The notes below the pieces were generated by a model. The model was not told the origin of the DNA. It saw only the letters and a list, made by a program, of their open reading frames with translations, and ran no database searches. A stretch of DNA of 59,588 nt, the filler included. It is 6 parts of 6 records of this genome, joined end to end, with 100 filler letters (N's around TTAATTAATTAA, not from the genome) between each part and the next. Parts side by side here need not be neighbours in the genome. Positions count along the whole stretch, not along the records: positions 1 to 6,927 come from SRR2962707_3549; positions 7,028 to 16,793 come from SRR2962707_3550; 4 more parts are not named here. One strand, given 5' to 3'. A program made the position numbers and the translations under genes. This document shows, piece by piece, positions 1 to 8,315 of the stretch. Positions within the stretch are counted from its first letter, which is position 1. Each line of letters begins with the position of its first letter.

Positions 1-64
1 AATCGGGAATGGTTTTCCCGAGGGCGGCAACTTGTTCCGCCTCCAACTGAGCGATCAGATTCAT
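1..64 (-). CDS. rplS: 50S ribosomal protein L19, N-terminal fragment (runs off window)
   Basis: Not in the ORF track. Hand translation from ATG at 64 gives MNLIAQLEAEQVAALGKTIPD, the alphaproteobacterial L19 N-terminus. AGGAGA RBS at 71-76. Canonical position after trmD. Confidence 0.93.
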   Translation of the reverse strand, partial: MNLIAQLEAEQVAALGKTIPD

Positions 65-114
65 CGCTTTTCTCCTATTTTGCTTGCGGTTGTTCCGCAA
101 AGATGTGCGCGTCC

Positions 115-939
115 TCAGAGCTTTGTGTCTTCTTCCGGGTCCCTGTTGTGCGTCGCACAATAAGCCCGCCAAAGGTCAGGTCGTCGTTGTTTTGTTAGCC
201 TTTCGGCTTGGTCCCGTTGCCAGTTCCGTATGTTCGCGTGGTGTCCCGAGAGAAGAACTTCGGGTATCGCGCGATCGTTCCAGACAGCAGGTTTCGTGTA
301 CTGTGGGTGCTCCAAAAGTCCGTTAGAGAATGATTCTTCTTCAACGGACGCCTGATTCCCAAGCACGCGCGGTATAAGTCGGACCGACGCGTCAATCAAG
401 GCCTGAGCCGCGATCTCTCCGCCTGTCATCACGAAATCGCCGAAACAGACCTCTTTTATGTCAAAATGGTCGATAACCCGCTGGTCGAGGCCTTCAAAAC
501 GGCCACAAATCACGATCACACCGTCCTCTTGGGACAGGGATTGCGCCATCTCTTGGGTGAAGGGTTTGCCCCGCGGAGACATCATCAAAATAGGCACATT
601 TGCAGGAGCGTTTCCACGTGCCCGCTCAATCGCGCGCTCCATAACATCGGCGCGCAGGACCATTCCGGCACCACCGCCCGCAGGCGTGTCATCGACATTA
701 CGATGGCGGCCTTCGCCGAACTCCCGCAAATGGGTGGTTTCGAGTTGCCACAGCCCTTCCTGCAAAGCGCGACCCGTCAAAGACAATCCCAAAACGCCGG
801 GAAAGGCCTCTGGGAACAGCGTGATGATATTTGCCTTCCACGCCCCTTTTAGGGTGGGTGTTGGCGTCATGAGCTCACGCGGTTTTAAAGTTGGTGCGAT
901 GGTCTTTCGCCCAAAGGACTTCGGTGTTTTTTCGGCCAT
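115..939 (-). CDS. trmD: tRNA (guanine37-N1)-methyltransferase
   Basis: Motifs ITLFPE, VDDTPAGGGAGM, CGRFEGLDQR, GDFVMTGGE, EESF, LEHPQYTKP, VLLSGHH; rpsP-rimM-trmD-rplS context. Confidence 0.98.
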   Translation of the reverse strand: MAEKTPKSFGRKTIAPTLKPRELMTPTPTLKGAWKANIITLFPEAFPGVLGLSLTGRALQEGLWQLETTHLREFGEGRHRNVDDTPAGGGAGMVLRADVMERAIERARGNAPANVPILMMSPRGKPFTQEMAQSLSQEDGVIVICGRFEGLDQRVIDHFDIKEVCFGDFVMTGGEIAAQALIDASVRLIPRVLGNQASVEEESFSNGLLEHPQYTKPAVWNDRAIPEVLLSGHHANIRNWQRDQAERLTKQRRPDLWRAYCATHNRDPEEDTKL

Positions 940-966
940 GATGGCTCCGTTTCCTGCGATTGCCCC

Positions 967-995
967 GGTCTACCGGGGTCAGCCCCCTAGGGCAA
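967..995 (-). promoter_or_regulatory. Putative sigma70-type promoter for trmD-rplS
   Basis: Minus strand reads TTGCCC-N17-TAGACC in the 60-bp gap upstream of trmD; the -10 lies in a small CCCCGG/CCGGGG hairpin. Confidence 0.35.
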
Positions 996-999
996 CGGG

Positions 1000-2160
1000 T
1001 CAGGCGGCGGAGTCTTGGGGATCGACGTAATCTTCTATCTTGGGCGGTGATGTCAGCGTGCCTTCAACCAAGCTCCAGTTGTCGCGGCGGCGAACCTTGC
1101 GCCCCGTGTAGTCGCGGAACATCAAGACGGGATCTGATATGGGCGGTGAAGAGGTGACTTCGGCAACATACGCGAGGTCGGCACTGAGTTCTGTTTTCAA
1201 GTCCTCAGCCGAATTTCCGAAGTCCCATTCCAGTTCACTGTTCGTATACCACGCACCATTCCAGCGAGATATGACATCCAATAGCATGTTGATGTAGTCG
1301 TCATCCTTTGCCTCGACTGCCGCTTTCAGCAATCCCAAGCGTACAACGCGGCAAAAGTAGGCTGCTATTGTCGCCTTGTCACACATCGGTTGTTGCAAGC
1401 ACCACGTCGCAGCCTCGACTTGGTTGGCTTTGTTCGTATCATGACCAGTGACGATGTAATGCCATAGGTCCGGGTCTGGCATGGCCATCCGTTGCATGGT
1501 GTCCAGTAAACGAGCGTCCGACTTCCCAGAACGCATCTGCCAAACAGCACGGGTGGCCTCGAAAGTATCTCGTTGGGTTTCATATCTGTCGCGAGCTGAC
1601 CTAATCGTGTCCAATTGATCGCGGATCTCCAAGAGTTTTCCAGGCTTTAAGAAAAGATTCAGCATTGGCCCCGCTTCCTGCGGTTCGACCCTCATCACCT
1701 GACAAAACAGATACAGTTCGCGAATTTCGATGTCCGTCGCGTCAGCGGCATTCACTTTATGCCAGGCATTCAAAATGCGCAGAACAATCTGACCCAAGGC
1801 AACATCAACGGGAATTGGCTCTGATCGGCCCTTCTTCTCTTTGTAATTAAAGACTTGGGCGATCAATGCGCCGACGGTATCTCGCTGAATGGCAAGGCTT
1901 GGCATGTCGCGCTTTGTGTCGGGGTTTGCCCTAGGGTTCAGTAACTTAAAGGACCCATCGGCACGAAGTGCCTGAATGTGGTTCTTGTAGGTTGAGAGAT
2001 GGATTGCGAGGATTGATAACAGTCCTGCAAGTGCCATTAATATGACTTGAAGTACCGAAAAATCGGTCAACTCAAAAACCGTTGGCAGCGCTATGAAAAA
2101 GATCACAGACGGCACAATGGCCAGCAGTGACAGCGCTGCTCTTAGAACCGAATTGCCCAC
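1000..2160 (-). CDS. Hypothetical membrane protein (two N-terminal TM helices; C-terminal region resembles DUF4274)
   Basis: 386-aa ORF with a hydrophobic N-terminus; LWHYIV...WCLQQPMCDKATIAAYF resembles the DUF4274 W-x4-P-x-CD-x-AT pattern (from memory). Confidence 0.75.
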   Translation of the reverse strand: MGNSVLRAALSLLAIVPSVIFFIALPTVFELTDFSVLQVILMALAGLLSILAIHLSTYKNHIQALRADGSFKLLNPRANPDTKRDMPSLAIQRDTVGALIAQVFNYKEKKGRSEPIPVDVALGQIVLRILNAWHKVNAADATDIEIRELYLFCQVMRVEPQEAGPMLNLFLKPGKLLEIRDQLDTIRSARDRYETQRDTFEATRAVWQMRSGKSDARLLDTMQRMAMPDPDLWHYIVTGHDTNKANQVEAATWCLQQPMCDKATIAAYFCRVVRLGLLKAAVEAKDDDYINMLLDVISRWNGAWYTNSELEWDFGNSAEDLKTELSADLAYVAEVTSSPPISDPVLMFRDYTGRKVRRRDNWSLVEGTLTSPPKIEDYVDPQDSAA

Positions 2161-2422
2161 GGCTCACCCCTTAAAAATAACCTATGCCCCCACACAGACA
2201 CTTCCGTTGTCGCGTTCAAATATGGCGAAAAGGTGGCGGGCTGGATCAAATGCCAAGGTTGACCGCAGTTCTCGCCAGTCTGTGGTTTTTAAGGATGCAA
2301 ATGCGAAGGGTGGTGTTTTAATCATGGAAACAATTAGATTTTTCCCAAGGATTCGTTGCGCAATGCAAGGTCAATCGATTTGTGTTTGAAAATCGATCAA
2401 ATTTGGAGCGATTCTTCGAGGC

Positions 2423-2932
2423 CTATTCCGAGAACAGACCTTCGGGTGGATCAGCCACGATACGACCGGATGCAAGATCAACAGTCGGAACGGCGTTCAG
2501 TGTGAAAGGCAGCAAGACAGTCGTGTTTTGCCCTGGGACGATCAGTTCGAGGATATCCGCGGCGCCATGGTTGTGCACGGCTTTGACGCTACCTAATTCT
2601 GCCCCGCCTGTATCAAACACGGCCAGCCCAATCAGATCACTGTGATAGTATTCGTCATCTGGCAATGTCGGCAGGCGGTCTCGCAAAGCAAACAAACGTA
2701 CGCCGCGAAGGGCATCGGCTTGTTCTTTAGATGTGACCCCCGACAAACGGGCCGCAAAGCCATTCTTGACCTGTCGCGTAAGCTCTAAGTCAAAAGTCTG
2801 GTTACCATCTTCGGATGTCAAAGGTGCGTAATCCGCGATGGCTTCTGGATCAGCAGTAAAGCTTTTGATCCTGACTTCACCTTGAACACCGAAGGCCCCG
2901 GCAATCGCTCCAACGCAAATAGTCTCAGACAT
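2423..2932 (-). CDS. rimM: Ribosome maturation factor RimM
   Basis: [45 protein letters not shown]...VP.VDL. Start moved to ATG 2932 (GGAGA at 2941-2945). Confidence 0.97.
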   Translation of the reverse strand: MSETICVGAIAGAFGVQGEVRIKSFTADPEAIADYAPLTSEDGNQTFDLELTRQVKNGFAARLSGVTSKEQADALRGVRLFALRDRLPTLPDDEYYHSDLIGLAVFDTGGAELGSVKAVHNHGAADILELIVPGQNTTVLLPFTLNAVPTVDLASGRIVADPPEGLFSE

Positions 2933-2933
2933 T

Positions 2934-3077
2934 TCAGCTTTCTCCACAGACCCCGGCTTTCAGCCAGATACCGCCAGACTCTTCGCACAGAGAGCGTTGA
3001 TGTGCACGTTCAAATAAGACACCTGCCAAAAAGGTCACCAAAATTAGCATCAGGGTTCTAATCGGACGAAAGAGCAT
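2934..3077 (-). CDS. Small (47 aa) single-TM protein with a C-terminal Cys pair
   Basis: Below the ORF-track cutoff. [56 protein letters not shown], stop 1 nt before the rimM ATG. Confidence 0.75.
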   Translation of the reverse strand: MLFRPIRTLMLILVTFLAGVLFERAHQRSLCEESGGIWLKAGVCGES

Positions 3078-3096
3078 GGTGTTCCTTGAGTATAGA

Positions 3097-3132
3097 TGTC
3101 CCGGCAGACGAGGTGGGCCAGCTGCCGGGACA
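3097..3132. terminator. GC-rich hairpin downstream of rpsP (terminator or mRNA-stabilising stem)
   Basis: Perfect 11-bp inverted repeat TGTCCCGGCAG / CTGCCGGGACA; no clear U-tract on the minus strand. Confidence 0.5.
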
Positions 3133-3144
3133 AACCGTTGCAGA

Positions 3145-3519
3145 TTACTCTGCTGCGGCTTCTTCTACAGCTTCTGCCGCAGCTGCGACTTTCGCCGCTT
3201 TTTCTTCTGCACGTTCCTGTGCTTTCTTGCCGGGAACGGCTTTTTTCAAGTTGGCGCGCTCCTTTTTGTCAACAACGCCAGCTGCTTCGAGGAAACGCGA
3301 CACGCGGTCTGTGACCTGGGCGCCTTCACCCAACCAGTACTTGACGCGGTCCATATCCATTTTCACGCGGTCTTCGCTGTCTTTTGCCAGCAATGGGTTG
3401 TACGTGCCCAGTTTTTCAACAAAGCGGCCATCACGTGGCATACGCGAGTCGGCAGCAACGATACGGTAGAAAGGACGCTTTTTTGAGCCGCCACGGGCGA
3501 GACGAATTTTGATAGCCAT
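3145..3519 (-). CDS. rpsP: 30S ribosomal protein S16
   Basis: [39 protein letters not shown] is S16. Confidence 0.99.
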   Translation of the reverse strand: MAIKIRLARGGSKKRPFYRIVAADSRMPRDGRFVEKLGTYNPLLAKDSEDRVKMDMDRVKYWLGEGAQVTDRVSRFLEAAGVVDKKERANLKKAVPGKKAQERAEEKAAKVAAAAEAVEEAAAE

Positions 3520-3569
3520 TGAGAAATCTCCTTATGAATGGCGAGTATGAGGACGCACTTTGGCGGCCG

Positions 3570-3866
3570 TCACGATTGTTTTTGTTCGTGATGCTTGATG
3601 ACTTCCTGAATGACGAAATTCAGGAATTTCTTGGCGAATTCCGGGTCAAGATCGGCCTCGGAAGCCAAGGATTCCAGCCGCGCGATTTGCTTTTGCTCTC
3701 GCGTCGGGTCTGAAGGCGGAAGGTCGTGTTGCGCTTTGAGAACGCCCACGGCCTGAGTATGCTTAAAACGCTCTGCCAATGTGTACACCAAAATCGCATC
3801 GAGCCGGTCGATGCTTTCGCGATGCTCTTTCAGCAATGAAGCGGCGTGTGTGACTGGATCAGTCAA
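3570..3866 (-). CDS. Chorismate mutase (monofunctional, CM_2 type)
   Basis: HRESIDRLDAILVYTLAERFKHTQAVGVLKA...DPTRE..QIARL. Likely TTG start at 3866 with an AAGGA RBS. Usual alphaproteobacterial position between ffh and rpsP. Confidence 0.92.
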   Translation of the reverse strand: MTDPVTHAASLLKEHRESIDRLDAILVYTLAERFKHTQAVGVLKAQHDLPPSDPTREQKQIARLESLASEADLDPEFAKKFLNFVIQEVIKHHEQKQS

Positions 3867-4464
3867 TGGCCCATCCTTTCGGTTTGAACAGAGGGTCGAT
3901 GTAATTCTGGATTTCCATGTCAATGCCATGGGCCAGCTGTGAATTGAGCAAGGTGTCCGGTGCCGGGTGGCGATAACACACGTCATGGCCATCTACCGTC
4001 GCAGCTTCACGATCTCTGACAGCACCTAAACGCTCGGCCAGACGAATGCTGTCCAGGTTCTTTGGATCCAGATAGCTAACGGCGGTTTCCCAACCCTGTT
4101 GATCATAGAAATACTGGCGCACACGGTTCGTGGCTTCCAAGGCATAGCCTTTGCCGGCTTTGTCGGGCCAGATGATCCACGCTATTTCGCGCTCGGGCCA
4201 TTGTGCCGGAGCCCAGCCTCCCGCCATTCCCACGGTTTCGCCGGTGTCCTGGAGATGGATCATCCACATACCAAAGCCGCGGATTTCCCAATGGCCGATT
4301 TCGGCCGCATAGAGCATCCAGGTTTCATAGGTGTTCAATGGCCCACCCATAAACCGTGCGCGGTAGGACGTGAACGTCGCCTTGAAATCGGGGTAGTCTT
4401 CCGGCTCTGGTTTGGAAAGGCGCAAGCGCTGCGTTTCTAAAACGGGTATGTCTTGATGTCCCAT
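3859..4464 (-). CDS. GNAT acetyltransferase, RimJ/RimL family (copy 5)
   Basis: LETQRLRL, GHWEIRGFGMW, WPEREIAW, GKGYALEA, NLDSIRLAERLGA. Start at ATG 4464 with AGGAGG RBS. Confidence 0.93.
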   Translation of the reverse strand: MGHQDIPVLETQRLRLSKPEPEDYPDFKATFTSYRARFMGGPLNTYETWMLYAAEIGHWEIRGFGMWMIHLQDTGETVGMAGGWAPAQWPEREIAWIIWPDKAGKGYALEATNRVRQYFYDQQGWETAVSYLDPKNLDSIRLAERLGAVRDREAATVDGHDVCYRHPAPDTLLNSQLAHGIDMEIQNYIDPLFKPKGWAID

Positions 4465-4465
4465 C

Positions 4466-5035
4466 TCAGGCCTCCTTCTTGTGACGAAAGACGAGAGTGC
4501 CGTCATTCAAAGCGTCTTCGGCTTCGGAATCGCGGGTGGCCTTCAGGCGTTCCATCAAGCTGATGCAGCGAAGGTTCGAGCTGTTCACGTAAGAGGCAAG
4601 CGTCTCCCAGCCCAGATCATTCCAGGCATGGGCCAAAACGGCCTCGGCCGCCTCTTGGGCATAGCCGTGTCCTTCGGCCTCGTCGGTCAAAAAGACACCC
4701 AACTCTGGCTCGGGATCCGAATATTCAAAACCCAATACAATAAAGCCGGCGCTGGGCGCGGTTTGTGCGTCGATGGTCCACAAGCCATGCCCGTGCAGCA
4801 TCCAGGTCGCGATGGCCTGAGAATATGCGGCCCAGGCCTCATCCCGAAGGAAGGGGCCGCCTAAGAATTCGGACCGTTTGTCGTCGCACAGGATGCTCGC
4901 GAATGCGCCGAAGTCATAAATACGAGGCGCACGCAATTGCAGGCGGCGAGTATCCAAAGTTGGAATACGCCCACCGATTTTGCTGGCCTGACGTGAGGCA
5001 CGACCGGGGTGATGCTTTTCGACCGGGGCTGTCAT
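4466..5035 (-). CDS. GNAT acetyltransferase, RimJ/RimL family (copy 4)
   Basis: LDTRRLQLR, WMLHGHGLW, PEPELG, EGHGYAQEA, NLRCISLMERL. Confidence 0.92.
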   Translation of the reverse strand: MTAPVEKHHPGRASRQASKIGGRIPTLDTRRLQLRAPRIYDFGAFASILCDDKRSEFLGGPFLRDEAWAAYSQAIATWMLHGHGLWTIDAQTAPSAGFIVLGFEYSDPEPELGVFLTDEAEGHGYAQEAAEAVLAHAWNDLGWETLASYVNSSNLRCISLMERLKATRDSEAEDALNDGTLVFRHKKEA

Positions 5036-5559
5036 GTCAAAGCCTCTGGGCCGGGGTGACGGAACAACATGTCCTCGCCCATATGAATGTTCACATAGGT
5101 GCGTTCGTAAACGGCCCCAAGCCGCTCGGCCAAGGCAATGGACCGCGTATTGCCGGGAACAATATTTGACGTCAGCGTTGTGAAACCCAAGGCGTCATAA
5201 GCCCAGCGGCGCGCGCAGATTGCCGCCTCTCGGGCGATGCCCTTTCCCTCGAAACCGGCATACACCACCCAACCAATTTCCGGCTCTGGCCAGCCTTCGG
5301 GATTCCAGATGCCTGAAATTCCGGCGCAGTCGCCGGTATCCTTCATTTCGATCACGAAATATCCGTAGCCATGCAGGTGCCAGTGTCCCAGATTCAACGC
5401 AAACCAGCGCCAGGCGTCGCCACGGTTTTCGGTCGCGCCAAAACCAGCGGCGCGCTCCTGATCGCACAAAAACGCAATCATCGCCTCGATGTCACGTTTT
5501 TCCGGACCACGCAGGATCAAACGTTCTGTTTCCAGACGGGGGGCATTTGTCAGGGTCAT
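5032..5559 (-). CDS. GNAT acetyltransferase, RimJ/RimL family (copy 3)
   Basis: LETERLILR, GHWHLHGYG, WPEPEIGW, EGKGIAREA, NTRSIALAERLGA; ATGA overlaps on both sides. Confidence 0.94.
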   Translation of the reverse strand: MTLTNAPRLETERLILRGPEKRDIEAMIAFLCDQERAAGFGATENRGDAWRWFALNLGHWHLHGYGYFVIEMKDTGDCAGISGIWNPEGWPEPEIGWVVYAGFEGKGIAREAAICARRWAYDALGFTTLTSNIVPGNTRSIALAERLGAVYERTYVNIHMGEDMLFRHPGPEALT

Positions 5560-6080
5560 GCATATGCCTCCGCGCTGCCATCGCCGTCTGGCGTATGGCG
5601 GTAAACGACGTCATAGGGGTCATGCGTTTTTGCGGTCGAATCCAATACAGCGCCAAGCCGAGTCGCAAGCGCGATAGAGCGGGCATTGTCCCGGTGAATG
5701 TAGCTGACAAGCGTGTCTGCACTAAGGGAAGACCAAGCCCAATGAAGCGCAGCAGAACAGGCTTCGTACGCAAGACCTTTGCCTTCGAACCCGTCAAACA
5801 GGATCCAGCCGATTTCGCGCTCTGCAAAATGAGGCGGGTGCGTGATCGCCACCTGACCGGCCAGCTGGCCGTCCGTGGTTTCAATCGCCCAACCACCGTG
5901 CCCCATCAGATCCCAGCTGCCGACTTCGGACGACAGACCATAGAACAAATGGGTGCGATTTTGAGGGCCGTCGACAAAGATTGCGCGCGGGGTTTGGAAA
6001 AAGTCCCAAAACGCGTCAAAGTCAGCCATGACATGCGGACGAAGGCGCAAGCGCGAAGTCTGAAGAACAGGAGCTGTCAT
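5556..6080 (-). CDS. GNAT acetyltransferase, RimJ/RimL family (copy 2)
   Basis: LQTSRLRLR, WDLMGHGGW, EREIGW, EGKGLAYEA, NARSIALATRLGA. Start at ATG 6080 (ATGA overlap). Confidence 0.93.
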   Translation of the reverse strand: MTAPVLQTSRLRLRPHVMADFDAFWDFFQTPRAIFVDGPQNRTHLFYGLSSEVGSWDLMGHGGWAIETTDGQLAGQVAITHPPHFAEREIGWILFDGFEGKGLAYEACSAALHWAWSSLSADTLVSYIHRDNARSIALATRLGAVLDSTAKTHDPYDVVYRHTPDGDGSAEAYA

Positions 6081-6607
6081 TGTGCAAGCTCCGCTTTGGA
6101 CGGATGGCGCCAAATGATATGCGGTCCGACCAGCTCATGTTCGAAACGGCCTTCTTCGACACAACCCATACGTTTCGCAAGCGCGATTGAGCGCGTGTTG
6201 TCGAGCATAGTACAGCTGATGATGCCATCCCAGTTCAGGGTGTCATAGGCAAACTGCCGTGTCCGAATGGCGGCTTCATAAGCAATTCCACGGCCTTCGG
6301 CCGCTTCAAAAACTGTCCAACCGATTTCCGGGCCGGGCCAGCCTTCGGGATAGTAAATCCCAACTGCGCCAAGTGGGGCGCCGGATGTCTTGTCTGCAAC
6401 CATCCAGCGGCCGTAACCTCGCAGATGCCAATGGCCAATCAGTTCGCCCATGCGCGCAAACGCGGCTGCGCGTGGATAAGGGCCGCCAACGCCTTTGGAC
6501 CGAGAAGAGGCACTGAATTCCGCAAAGGCATCAAAATCCGACAACTGCGGAGCGCGCAGAATCAGCCGTTCTGTTTCGAGCGTTGGAATGCGGACGGTGG
6601 TTTCCAT
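6077..6607 (-). CDS. GNAT acetyltransferase, RimJ/RimL family (copy 1)
   Basis: LETERLILR, GHWHLRGYGRW, WPGPEIGW, EGRGIAYEA, NTRSIALAKRMG. Confidence 0.94.
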   Translation of the reverse strand: METTVRIPTLETERLILRAPQLSDFDAFAEFSASSRSKGVGGPYPRAAAFARMGELIGHWHLRGYGRWMVADKTSGAPLGAVGIYYPEGWPGPEIGWTVFEAAEGRGIAYEAAIRTRQFAYDTLNWDGIISCTMLDNTRSIALAKRMGCVEEGRFEHELVGPHIIWRHPSKAELAQ

Positions 6608-6716
6608 TACACAGCGCAGCCTTTGGCTGAACAGCAGAAAGGACGCGCTTCACCCGAGAAGGTGTGCGACAGGCTTCTTGTCAAAACTGCGTATTTGGAA
6701 AGAGAAGATGACATGG

Positions 6717-6927
6717 TTATTTCTTTTTGCCGAAACCTGAGAGCCCAGGGGGCAGGCCCATGCCGCCACCCAAGCCAGGAAGGCCGCCGCGCGCGCCCAT
6801 TTGCTTGGCGGCTTGTTCCAAGGCCTTTGGGTCCATGCCCTGCATCATTTCTTCGGGCGATCCGCCCTTGCCCATCATGCCCTTCATGGCTTGTTTCAGC
6901 ATGCCGCCTTTGCCCATTTTGCCCATC
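6717..6927 (-). CDS. ffh: Signal recognition particle protein Ffh, C-terminal fragment
   Basis: Met/Gly-rich tail ending GLPGLGGGMGLPPGLSGFGKKK, upstream of rpsP; cut by the linker. Confidence 0.88.
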
Positions 6928-7027
6928 NNNNNNNNNNNNNNNNNNNNNNNNNNNNNNNNNNNNNNNNNNNNTTAATTAATTAANNNNNNNNNNNNNNNNN
7001 NNNNNNNNNNNNNNNNNNNNNNNNNNN
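6928..7027. other. Artificial contig linker
   Basis: 44 N + TTAATTAATTAA (stops in all six frames) + 44 N; apparent taxon changes across it. Confidence 0.99.
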
Positions 7028-7180
7028 GCTCTCGCGATACTCTCTCTGACACCCCCCACCCACCCACCCACCCACTCTCGACACACTCTGTCGACATTCT
7101 GTCCACACTCCCTCCATACTCCGTCCAGTTTCTCTCTCGACACTCTCTCGATCCACACACACACGCGCGCGCCGCGCGCC
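7028..7180. repeat. Low-complexity simple repeats ((CCCA)n, CT/CA-rich, recurring CTCTCGACAC)
   Basis: Directly visible at the start of eukaryotic contig B. Confidence 0.7.
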
Positions 7181-7498
7181 CCAAACCCGTGTTGTTGTCT
7201 TCTTGTACTGTTGTTCTTTATTTGCCTTGATTGTTTTTATTATTTTTTGCTGCATGTGAGGTGAACAATCCACCGAACGGTCACACGAGACTCTGCTCTT
7301 AGTGAGCCACCACAAAAGCCAGCGAGATTAGGACAGGTCAATCGAGGCCGTATTGAACGGTCTTGCATTGCTGCGATGCTGTCTCAGAGCCGCCGCCACC
7401 ACCACCACCACAGCGTTCAATTTTAGTTACGAATGTCTTCCCACCATCTTCCCTCCAAGTCGCACGGGTAGAGCAACGAAATTTCCTCAAGCGCGGTA

Positions 7499-8101
7499 GT
7501 GCCCAGGCAACCGGCTATGGGGGCATTGGTTCTTCGGGCGCGAGAGCGATATTCCTCCTTCCCCTCCTCCAAGTTTGCCGCCCAGTTGTTGATCATGTTT
7601 GCGATTGGATGTCAGTTCAGTCGCGCGGCTTCAACTGCAGGTCGCCCACAGTTCCCAGACCCACGCAACTTCAATGCGCAAGCAAACGGTCAGCAGCAGT
7701 TCCCTGCGTCTTTTGATCACTCGTACCCACCGCTTCCGGAGATTCCAAGCGACTTGAGTATTGCCCGGTTGCCAGCCAAGGCCGTGCTTCGTGGTTTTGC
7801 GGGTGGCGTTGGGAAATCGCCGACTGCAAACCAAGTTGGAGGAGAGCAGCTTCATGGTGAGGCATCATCTGCAATTGCAGGATTCGGATTCGGATTTGGG
7901 GCGCTTGCACCTCCGAGTTTTGTCGGCGCGCTCCCAGGCTCATCCGCTGCTTCAGACTTTTTTCAGCAATCTCCCACACAACATGACCCTCAATTTGCTC
8001 CAACAGATAACCTTCATTCGATTGGGCATTCCCAGCAGGAGCACATGACCTTTCCTCCCCCCTATTCCATTGGAGCCCATGGAATTCCTGCACTGATCTA
8101 G
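7499..8101 (+). CDS. Possible low-complexity eukaryotic protein or exon (Pro/Gln/Gly/Ser-rich)
   Basis: 200-aa open frame convergent on the giant gene; no recognisable domain; exon structure unresolved. Confidence 0.3.
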   Translation: MPRQPAMGALVLRARERYSSFPSSKFAAQLLIMFAIGCQFSRAASTAGRPQFPDPRNFNAQANGQQQFPASFDHSYPPLPEIPSDLSIARLPAKAVLRGFAGGVGKSPTANQVGGEQLHGEASSAIAGFGFGFGALAPPSFVGALPGSSAASDFFQQSPTQHDPQFAPTDNLHSIGHSQQEHMTFPPPYSIGAHGIPALI

Positions 8102-8315
8102 GGGTAGTCGATTCTTCAACTTCGAAGCAGGGACATTTTTTACTTTCAACGTCAGGACAGGCCGAAGCACGTGAAGCGGCAATTGTGTTGATAGCGAAGT
8201 TTAACGAATGCAATAGATCTACAATAAAATTATGGATGGGTATTTTGAGCGATCGTTTAATAAAGCGGCACACAATAGACTTGTTGTTGCTGATGGTTCA
8301 AAGAAAATTTCACAA

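Noticed and set aside
5220..6248. 342-aa plus-strand ORF over the GNAT array
   Set aside because: Antisense to well-supported genes, with no recognisable motifs.
6928..7027. TTAATTAATTAA palindromes as biological sites, and ORFs running into N runs
   Set aside because: Identical synthetic spacer at all five junctions.
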